Source: Diadema antillarum
Lineage: Eukaryota
Assembly: GCF_040938485.1 (NCBI RefSeq)
Contig: NW_027270924.1
Span: 4,154,001-4,218,000 of the forward strand
Direction: 5' to 3'
Length of the DNA stretch: 64,000 nucleotides
In this document: positions 9,530 through 18,992 of the stretch, piece after piece
Numbering within the stretch: the first letter of the stretch is position 1
Layout: the number at the start of each line of letters is the position of its first letter
The notes under the pieces: generated by a model
Told to the model about the DNA's origin: nothing
What the model saw: only the letters and a program-made list of their open reading frames with translations
Database searches by the model: none
Program-made: the position numbers and the translations under genes

Positions 9530-10700
9530 GAAGGACCGATCAATAAATAAGGGATTATTTTCTCAAGTGGAGGACAAACAATTCTGTACTTGCACATAGG
9601 TCCCGCATAGGAAGTTCCATCCATTGTTCTTACGTAGACCTACTTGGAAGAATTCTTTTGAGTAAGGATTAACTTTGAATCGTTCGACGTTAATGGACTG
9701 TGGACAAAGGTGTTTTTCAGTCCGGAGTTCTCTTAATGGAGAGACAATATACTTGCACTTGAGTCCCCGAATAACAGTCATCGTTCTTTACTATTGTACC
9801 TAACAAACTTTCTTTACAGGACGTATTAACAAATTTTTTGAACTACGTTAATGGACTGACGACTTGGACTGTCGACAAAGGTGTTTTTTAGTCCGGAGTT
9901 CTCTTAATGGAGAGACAATAAACTTGTTCTTGAGTCCTCAAATAACAGTCATCGTTCTTTACTATTATACCTAGCAAACTTTCTTTACAGTACGCATTAT
10001 ATTTGTACTGCGTTAATGGACAGGCGACAAAAGTGTTTTTCAGTCCGAAGTTCTCTTAATGGAGAGACAATAAACTTGTTCTTGAGTCCCCGAATAACAG
10101 TCATCGTTCTTTACTATTGTACCTAACAAACTTTCTTTACAGTGCGTATTAACCAATTTTTTTTGAACTACGTTAATGGACTGACGACTTGGACTGTCGA
10201 CAAAGGTGTTTTTTAGTCCGAAGTTCTCTTAATGGAGAGACAATAAACTTGTTCTTGAGTCCTCAAATAACAGTCATCGTTCTTTACTTTTATACCTAGC
10301 AAACTTTCTTTACAGTGCGTATTATATTTGTACTGCGTTAATGGACAGGGGACAAAAGTGTTTTTCAGTCCGGAATTCTCTTAATGGAGAGACAATAAAC
10401 TTGTTCTTGAGTCCCCGAATAACAGTCATCGTTCTTTACTATTGTACCTAACAAACTTTCTTTACAGTGCGTATTAACCAATTTTTTTTTTGAACTACGT
10501 TAATGGACTGACGACTTGGACTGTCGACAAAGGTGTTTTTTAGTCCGGAGTTCTCTTAATGGAGAGACAATAAACTTGTTCTTGAGTCCCCAAATAATAG
10601 TCATCGTTCTTTACTATTACACCTCGCAAACTTTCTTTACAGTGCGCATTAACCGATATTTGTACTGCGTTAATGGACTGGGGACTTGGACTGAAAAACA
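9530..10700. repeat. Tandem array of ~158-170-bp units with A/B alternation (~325-bp higher-order repeat)
   Basis: CGTTAATGGAC unit starts at 9688, 9846, 10011, 10171, 10336, 10498 and 10668 (partial), plus a diverged copy at ~9530-9687. Diagnostic variants alternate between odd and even units. Confidence 0.95.
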
Positions 10701-11138
10701 CCTCATCTCTTCATCATGCATACTCACTCACTTCCCCCCTCCTCTTCTCTCACTAGCATGCAATTCAGTACATTTTGATCTTAGAGGCAAACAAATACCC
10801 ATCCAAACACATATGCTCACTCATAGTTATCCAATCAATGTCTCATAGTTATTTTTCAACGAAATATCTATAAGGAACAACGTAATAAGGACGGTAAAAT
10901 GAAACAAGTTCTCTATATGATGTATTTTTTATTATTATTCCTCATTCTCCTTTGACATTGACATTAAAAAAAAGAATAAAATAAAATAAATTGTTTTTTT
11001 TTTTCAAATCAGTTAAGTCCACATAATTTCTCCATCGGTCTCCTGAATCTAGGCCTTTATTTTCTGTATTCATCTTGATTTAAAATAATCTTTCTTGTAT
11101 AGCCTTCCTTTTTTCTCCCATCGTTCAGCCGATCCACT

Positions 11139-11684
11139 TCACCCTCTCACATGTTGCCCTTGAATGGCGTCGTTGATGTTCTTAATCACCGATGTAAAAG
11201 CTCTGAATTCCTCCATGGTGAGCGTGATTCCCTTCTTGGTAGGTAGTTCTTCGTGGTTTTTCTCAAAGTACTCACGAATGTCAATGTAAGTCTTGCTGCG
11301 GAACGTCTTGGCCACGATGTACTTCAGGCGGTCCGGTTTCACGCTGATGGACACTTTGCAAATAATTTTTGAATCATCCTCATCTTTCGTTCCCGGAGTA
11401 TGGCTCGTAGGTTCGGGGTTCCCCGTGGTCTTCTTTCCTTGCACGTTTCCACCTCCTCTCATTCTTTTACGTGAAAGATCAACACGATGTTCACCTTCTT
11501 CCATGTTTTTCCGCTTAGACGACTGGGGAAAACATGTTCCCTCCTCCATATATAGACGGTCTGGAGAATAGTCCACGGTGCAATCACTCCCGACTTCCCC
11601 CTGAATACTGCTCATGTCTTGCGAGCCTTCAGGCGATGGGGCTGATGGCGTGTTATACACGTAGTTGTAATAACTCTGCTTCAT
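11139..11684 (-). CDS. PC4/Sub1-like ssDNA-binding protein (181 aa)
   Basis: The C-terminal YIVAKTFRSKTYIDIREYF...PTKKGITLTMEEFRAFTSVIKNINDAI aligns by eye with human PC4 YVSVRDFKGKVLIDIREYW...[27 protein letters not shown]. The N-terminus is low-complexity and the gene is intronless. Confidence 0.88.
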   Translation of the reverse strand: MKQSYYNYVYNTPSAPSPEGSQDMSSIQGEVGSDCTVDYSPDRLYMEEGTCFPQSSKRKNMEEGEHRVDLSRKRMRGGGNVQGKKTTGNPEPTSHTPGTKDEDDSKIICKVSISVKPDRLKYIVAKTFRSKTYIDIREYFEKNHEELPTKKGITLTMEEFRAFTSVIKNINDAIQGQHVRG

Positions 11685-11852
11685 TTTTCTCTCGTTCTTG
11701 TAGGACTGTTTCGTCTGGTTGACAAAATTGTGTCTGTTTCCTTCTCAGAGGGAAGGAGTATATATAAAAATATATATATATATATTATACGAATGCACTG
11801 TATGTATAAATCACACGTACTCCTGCACACCTTCATGCAGCGTTCTATGTCA

Positions 11853-12013
11853 TGACGTCACTTTCATGCCCCAACTCGTTCACCCTCTATTCACTATACA
11901 CCTTTCTTTTTTTTTTCTTTATTGTTTTCTCTTCTCAAAACAACCTATGACGTCATTTATGCAAATGAATAAAGCTCCTGACGTCATTATGAATATTTAA
12001 ATGAGTGACGTCA
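11853..12013. promoter_or_regulatory. Cluster of four TGACGTCA (CRE/ATF) palindromes plus an ATGCAAAT octamer near the Polinton terminus
   Basis: TGACGTCA at 11853, 11948, 11979 and 12006; ATGCAAAT at 11959. Function is inferred only. Confidence 0.55.
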
Positions 12014-12099
12014 TTCATTTTCCAGTTCTCCTATCACGTTATTTATTTGATTAATTTTTTAATTTGATTTTATATCTTATTCATACTCATAATTTCATA

Positions 12100-12234
12100 T
12101 TTATATATCCCATATTCATATTTCATAACTCATCGATCTATCATATTCATATTCATATTCATATTCATATTTCATATTCTATTGTCCTAAACAATAGAAT
12201 TAAGTTATGGCACCCGAGACATCATAATACTACT
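12100..12234. repeat. Polinton right terminal region (part of the presumed TIR) with (CATATT)n subterminal repeat
   Basis: (CATATT)n at ~12143-12180 and terminal ACTACT. The partner TIR is outside the window, so TIR length cannot be determined. Confidence 0.65.
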
Positions 12235-12758
12235 CACGGTGCCGATGCGGATCTATATGCAAGTGTCCGGAGCCAATGCGGACATTTTGTGATCAAGACA
12301 TGAAAGAGTCAACACGTTCCATGTTCGAAAGGATTTTGAAACTTAAGAAGATAGATCAATGCAGCATCATGTCAGTGAAACGCAAAAAGACCAATAAGGG
12401 AGGCGAGGTCCCCATGCTAGTCCCACAGCCAAACCTCTCTTCCACTGATTAGGAACAGGTAAATATCAACATTTCCCAGTCCCAATTTTAAATGAAGAAA
12501 ACAAAGCAGAAGGCAGTGGATATTTTGCCAACAGTAACTAGGAAAAAGTGGAAGCAGCAATTTCGCGCTTTTCCTGAGCGATTCTAGGACATTCCTAAGA
12601 CATACCTATGTTTGTTTGCAGTCAGTCCGCAGAGATTCCTAGGAATGTCCCAGCACAAGCCGATTCGCACATGTTTTCCGCGTCTGACGCGGACAGGATG
12701 TCGAAATGACAGAATTTTCTTCCGCAACCCTTCCTGGGCTTGTCCGCTCCCTAGTGGA
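12235..12758. mobile_element. Right part of a non-autonomous TIR element, interrupted by the Polinton
   Basis: Ends CTTGTCCGCTCCCTAGTGGA, the reverse complement of the TCCACTAGGGCGCGGACAAG end of the intact copy at 32241. Confidence 0.7.
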
Positions 12759-12810
12759 CGTCAACCCAGGAAGCAATGATCGTTATTAGCAAGCAACCAT
12801 GGAATCGACT

Positions 12811-12950
12811 GCTTTGGTTCCCATCCGAAGGACTAGGCAATGGGATAAAGTGCCTTGCTGATTGGGCACAATCGCTGCAGGCAGGAGATTAAAACCAAGT
12901 ACAGCCTGATTGATAATTCACGGGCTTATCCACTGAGATCCAACAGCTCA
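12811..12950 (-). mobile_element. tRNA-derived SINE fragment
   Basis: The minus strand has A-box-like CTCAGTGGATAAG and a degenerate B box (clearer in copy 2). The body CCCATCCGAAGGAC...AAGTGCCTTGC is typical of deuterostome SINEs. Confidence 0.65.
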
Positions 12951-13014
12951 ATTGATTTCACTGACATTAGCACGTTAAGATGCGATACAAGCCATTAAAT
13001 CTTTGAAGGGTTAA

Positions 13015-13448
13015 AGGGATGGTACAGTATTGGTAGAGATGAGATTTTTGCGAGATACCAAGAAACACTTATGATATATACCATTTCAAGAGGAATTCAA
13101 AGTTTAGTTGATGGAAACCGGGTTTGGAATGATTGAAACATCCAAAAACAAAGTGTAATAATATTTCTAATAACGATTCTAATAAAGTGTGGGCCCAACA
13201 CTTTATTAGCATCGCTCTTTTTTGGATATCTCAGCCATTTCAAAACCAATTTTCATGAAATAAACGTTGAATTCCTCACAGAATTACATGCTCTTTCATA
13301 TTCTATAATTGAATATTTTATAATTTTATAATCATATCTTATAATTGAATGAATTGAATTGAATTGAATTGAATAAGAGGTTTCTCATTATCTCACCAGA
13401 AATGTTAGAAACCTGAAATAAGGTCTCAGCGAAAACTATACGATCCCT
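13015..13448. mobile_element. Kolobok-like non-autonomous DNA transposon
   Basis: TTAA|AGGGATGGTACAGT ... ACTATACGATCCCT|TTAA: TTAA target duplication, AG..CT termini and imperfect TIRs. Confidence 0.7.
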
Positions 13449-14040
13449 TTAATGTCAAGCAGCATCCCTTTCTGTGTCTAAATTACTCTATGGAGAATTA
13501 GAAACATTTAATTTTATGTGAAAAAACAAACGGAGCCATTAAAAAGGGGGCAACAAGAACATTTCCTTACCGATAAGCACTCAAACACACGCACACACCT
13601 ACCTCGCCATTCAAAGATTGACACTTCATAAGCCCAACAATCACTTTAGAAAAGAAAAAAATAACCAAAAACCAAACAAACAAACAAAAGAACATTTGTG
13701 CATATATTACTTGATGTTCGAACAGCATAGTTGACCACCTATTTAAAGGTGATATCTATAATTACAAAATAAAACACTTTATAATACATATAATGCAAGA
13801 AATAATTCACATCACTTCCGCATGCATTTTCACAGGCAAATTGCATACACTGCACCATAGATTACCCCCAACCCCACTGTGTAACATACTTGTTATCTGC
13901 TGTAATAGGTTAACTGTAAAAAAAAACTGTTTCAGTTATGATAATTAAATACTGACAAGTATGTAGATCTTCTTCTTCTTCATGTACAATATAATGAGTA
14001 TGCACGCAAACAAGTCTGGAGACTCCTAAGTGGACGATAA

Positions 14041-16054
14041 AATTCAATTCAATTCAATTCAATTTATTTTCATACTTCTCAATGAAGGAATGTACATCAA
14101 ATATAATAAAAACATAGTGAATCATAATATCCGGCTTGGATGTACAGTAAATTAATGTAAGAATATAAAACATATAGTGGTCACTCATCGTACGTTTAGT
14201 TCTATGTATAACGCTAAAGAAATGTGACGGAACCTACTTTAAAGCGGGCTTGTTAAGCGTAGGTCCCAAATTCTGAACAGAGTGTATAGATGAGGAGCAC
14301 GGATGCAACGTAGGACCAAAATAAAGAGAAACAAAAATGAAAGGCAAAAATACCTGGTGCACTAACAGAATCTTCTCAATACATTAATAGTGATATACAG
14401 ACAACCACATTCTGCAGATGTAAGAACAGTTGATTCAACAATGTTGACAATAGTGTAGTAATATGATTTGAATAATGCTGAAAAGAGAACAACTCGACAT
14501 GCGAGTCCTCGGAGGAGATACGGGAAACCTAAAGAGTGAACATACAAGTACTAACATTCAAAGAAGAATTGGAATTAGAATTAGAATTACCAGCCAGTAT
14601 AGCACTGAGGGGAATACAACAAGCCAGCTGTTCACGCGTTCCGAAGTCTTAGGGTACCAAAAGGGGTACTGGTGTGAAGGAATTTAAGAGCGCAAACAGA
14701 GAGGCTTAACTGATTTGAATGACAACAACCAACACAGCAGGAAAAGGCACATAAACAAGAAAGAAGGAAATTTCAATGGACTTACGCAATGTAATTATTC
14801 AATAAATTATGTCTTAGTTTGTATTTGAAGGTCGACAAAGACAAACAACCTGCGAGTTCTATGGGGAGATCGTTCCAGTATTTCGGCCCTGTATACATAA
14901 TTGGTTTTTTTCGCAAAAATGGTTCGGGTACGTGGTAGGTGATAATCGTCACGTTGGCGGGTGGGATAGTTATGAATAGAGTAATTTCTTTTAAACATAT
15001 GCAAAAAAATATCAGGAAGATCATTTTTGGATAATTTATACATGAATATCCCCAAATTGTAATAAAACAAATCTGACAATTTCAAAATTTTGTTCTTATG
15101 GAAAAATTCATCTGTATGAGATAAATACCCAGTCTTATTAATTATTCTAATAGCGCGCTTTTGTAAGAGAAAGAGCGAGTCAAGCAAAGACTGGGACGTG
15201 TTACCCCATGCCAGTATTCCGTAGTTGAGGTAAGGGGAAATCATAGTCGAGTATATAATTTGCAATATATTGGTGGGGAAATAATCTTTCAGTTTATTTA
15301 GAATAAGAATCATGCATTCCTAGATAAAAATTTGGTTAAAAAGTTGATGTGAGACTTCCAAGATAAATCGCTATCAATATACAGTCCTAGAAACTTAATA
15401 CTATCAACCTTCGTTAGATTAATGCCATTAATTTGGACATGACCAGGAATAAATTGCAAAGAGTTACTGAACAGCATATAATATGTTTTATCAATGTTTA
15501 GTGATAACTTGTTGGCATGAATCCAGGACTGAACAAGTTTCAATTAGTTGTTTAACATATGAATAAGCGTATTAGAATTACGATGTGAAAGAAATAAATT
15601 TGTGTCATCTGCAAAGCATATAAGAGAAAGAATTTCTGATGAATTTTGGAGGTCATTTATGTACAAGATGAATAGTAGCGGGCCGAGTAGGGAACCCTGG
15701 GGGACACCACATGTAATTGATTTCATTGAGGACTCATGACCATTAAGATAAACATACTGCTTTCTATCAGTAAGATAATCTCTAAACCATTTTAAAGCCG
15801 TCCCGCGAATGCCGTAATAAAGGAGAATATCATGGTCTATCGTGTCAAAAGCCTTCGAGAAATCAATAAAAACACCGATAGTGTGTGAAGCATCGTCAAG
15901 AGCATGTGCCACTTTATCAATAAAAGCCAATAAAGCATGGGTCGTGCTGTGTTGCTTTCTGAAACCGAACTGAAAATTCGAAAGAATATTACAATTAATA
16001 AGAAATCTAAGAGTTCTTTTATGAACAAGCTTTTCCAAAATTTTTGAAATAGAA
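14041..16054 (-). mobile_element. 5'-truncated CR1/L2-group LINE, decayed RT-containing ORF2 end plus 3' UTR
   Basis: RT motifs FSKAFDTIDH, GVPQGSLLGPLLFILYINDL, FADDTNLF, KFLGLYID and QKRAIRII. There is an in-frame stop at 15544 and frameshifts near 15310 and ~14900. (GAATT)n tail at 14041. Absent from duplication copy 2 (empty site ~34360). Confidence 0.92.
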
Positions 16055-17112
16055 CTGATTTTTTTTTTTTGAAAATAGAACTGAACTGAACTGAACTGAA
16101 TAAACTTGTTTAAATATTGTGAACGGCTGATTCAGTTGCATTACGGGATCCCGTTTAACAATGTTAGTATACGCTCTCTACATACACGCCAACCACACAA
16201 GCCACAATCAATAGAATTTGAATCAGAACTGCGAATGAAAAACAAAAAAGAAAAAAATGTCCAGCAATAAGCATGGATGTATTATTGAACATTGCATCCA
16301 GTAGGCAGAAATCTGGAGGCTCTCGTGCCTCTCATGTCTATTCACTGCGCATTGTTGAAAATGTGTTAGGCACCAAAAGAGTTAAAAAGTAAAATTGTAG
16401 AAGGTATACTCTCCACGTTAACATCATGCTTTAAAGTGCGAGAAGGGGTTCCCGACCGTGTACAGAATGTGTATCATTTCACAGCCCTGATGAAGGTCTT
16501 AACAAGATAGAAATAATCCTCCATGAACGCAAATTCACCGCACAAAGGCAATAAACAACGGCTTTAATTAATTGTTTGCTATAATATACAATAATAATGT
16601 GATGTTAATGTTAAGTGCATCTATTTTTACATAGGAAATTAGCCTACAAAATGTCCATTAAGATTACTTGCGATTCTTGAGTCATTCAAACTGACCTCCT
16701 CTATCTTACATTTCAAGCAAGTATGGACAACCAAGCAAATGATAAAAGATTCGTCACGTATCTTTTTGATCCGTCACCATGTTGCAGATATTAAAACAAG
16801 CACATTTCAAATAGGTGAATTAGATGACACACAAACTAGAACTTAAGAAACCATTCATTCAAAATCTGTACTTAGACATGTCATACCTGTGTTTGTTCCA
16901 AAGCCGTTTGGTATTTGAGCAGCATATTACCTTTTCTATTTCATTTGCTAGAATGCTAACTCTCATATGTAGCAAAACTTTCATGTCATTTCTGTTCGAA
17001 CTGTGTATATATTATTTACGATTTCTTTGCCGTTCTCGTGATGGGTTTGGGGTAACGAATGGTACAACATTTTTACCATAGAAAAGAAATCCAGAAACTG
17101 ATTAACTATGTT

Positions 17113-17296
17113 ATAATAATAATAATAATTCACAACATTTATACAGCGCACTATTACATAAAATGTCTCTAAGCGCTATGGGAAAAAAGAAAACAATAGA
17201 AAGGGAAGAAGAGGAAAGTAAAGAAAGAAAGAAAGAAAGAAGAAGAGGGTACAGTTTCAGAAACGGTATAAGACATGAGACACATTCATAATACCT
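17113..17296 (-). mobile_element. L2-type LINE 3' end remnant
   Basis: ...GCGCTGTATAAATGTTGTGAATTATTATTATT tail on the minus strand. The longer homolog in copy 2 retains the ORF2 C-terminus. Confidence 0.6.
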
Positions 17297-17863
17297 ATTT
17301 TGAGTTCTCACGTATAGCTGGAAGTAGCAACTTTGTGTTGGTTTTGTGATGCACTATCACATATATGCTAAAATATAGGAAAACGTTCATGTCATTTCAA
17401 TTTGAACTGTGCATATACAGTCCGATCTCTCTATCCGGACATGTAGGGACCTGTGCTAATGCGGATAAGGGATTTGGCCGGATATGGGAGACTCAATGTT
17501 TAATAAGCGCAGTTGCCGAAGAAACCATGAAATCTTAGAGGAAAAAGAAAAAATGTTAATAATAAGCTACTTGGTTGAATTTATACACTATATACATCAT
17601 CAAACTTTAAGATATTCATCAATACTATAATGATACATAAAAAAACATTCCTCGCTATTTAAATCATTGTTTGTTTTGCAATTTTGTCTATTTTATCAAA
17701 ATGTCGTTCATATACTTAATTTGCATATTGATTTAAGCAATAAAATGAAATATTTCAAAATAACAATCACAAGTATGTGATACTTTCTAAGAACTTTATG
17801 ATATGTGCTGTTTCGGTATATACATTCTGTGAGAACCCATAGTGTCCTCTTTCAAGCAGCCAC

Positions 17864-18992
17864 CTACATATTAGTGAAGTTCATATAGATTTCTTCCTGC
17901 ATCGTTGGCTCTGACTCAACCCTAGAAGCTCCTCGTGTTTTATCCACCTGTGCATACAGCTCCTCACACGGTGGCGGTTCTGCGACCGAAATGTTACCTA
18001 CTGTTTTGTTCACCGTCGCGTACATGTCCTCTCGGGTTTGGGATCTTGACGTAAAACTCTCCGGGTTCTGAATCTCAGTGTCGTGACAACCATGGAAGCT
18101 GTCCCCTTCTCCCATCTTAGGACGAAGATCATTGGCGAAGTCTTTTTCAGGATTCAACAGACTATAATCTCCAGAATCGAAAGCTTCAGGACATCGCGGT
18201 TGCTTGTTGGTATCAATGTCACGTTGTTGCTCCGGATTCAGTTGATAGTAGAAGACGTCTTCAAAAGGCATGGCTGTCATGGCATCCTTGCTGGAACAGG
18301 GCTTATTATATTTTCTGTCAGGGTAGATCCTATGTTGTGAAGTTTGACCAATAGGTGACAGACCAGGATTGCGACTTTCCTCGTCAGGGAAAGCATGATT
18401 GAGGCGATCGTACTCGCTTTCTGTAGTCATTTCGGATGAATTGGGAAATAACGTCAGTGAATTGTAATAACTGTCATCAAACAAGCACGCTTTACCAGTG
18501 GATCTAATGGCACCATTCATCCTCCCGTCCAATTTACAAAGGTCTACAGCCTGGTAGTCATTATCATCTCCATAAGCACACGCTGGTTGGTCCAGCGATG
18601 TCTCCTGCAGGCCACAATATTCATTATCAGAAGGAATATTGATTGAGGTCAAAGAAGTGCCGATGCCGGTATTTATGTGACTTTCGTCAGGAACTGTACA
18701 AGGGAAGCCACGATTTATGCTGATAAAGGTAGAAAGCCCCTCGTCTATCTCTTCAGCATCTTGGTAGATGTGACTAGTGAGCCCGAGATGGCCCCCTCTG
18801 TCTCCGACGGTGTTGCCCAGAATATGAGGCAAAAAGCTACCAGCTGTTGTAGCATTGGGATTGGTAGCGTCCGACAAAACGGCATGGTTCGTCGTGATTG
18901 GCTCTTGTACAGAAGTGTCGATGGGATTCATCTGAAGCTGTCCGCCATTTGGTTGAACATTTGACTGATGCGAGGTTTGGGATCTCCAATGT
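17864..18992 (-). CDS. Gene A terminal exon: cytoplasmic tail with many Tyr motifs
   Basis: Open 376-codon exon after a TGCAG acceptor (phase 2). Motifs include SYYNSL, SEYDRL, VFYYQL, DYSLL, MYATVNK, LYAQVDK and IYMNF. Confidence 0.85.

Larger units (their letters stand above)
1..12234. mobile_element. Polinton/Maverick (adintovirus-like) element, right-hand part; continues left of the window
   Basis: Co-located adenain-type protease, packaging ATPase and protein-primed PolB. The sequence ends ...CATCATAATACTACT at 12234 (Polinton termini are 5'-AGT...ACT-3'). From 12235 the flank matches an empty site at 32606. Confidence 0.95.

Noticed and set aside
9688-10700. CRISPR-like repeat-spacer array
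   Set aside because: Units are similar along their whole length with no unique spacers, there are no cas genes, and the context is eukaryotic.
9688-10700. Adenovirus VA-RNA-like Pol III genes (~160-nt units ending in T-runs)
   Set aside because: No convincing A/B boxes on either strand, and an internal T5-6 run early in each plus-strand unit would terminate Pol III.
9563-10848. ORFs 9563-9781 and 10516-10848
   Set aside because: They are translations of the tandem repeat; other units have stops and frameshifts in the same frames.
12811-12950. tRNA genes (also 25700-25775 and 33181-33320)
   Set aside because: Only degenerate A/B boxes attached to SINE bodies; no cloverleaf.
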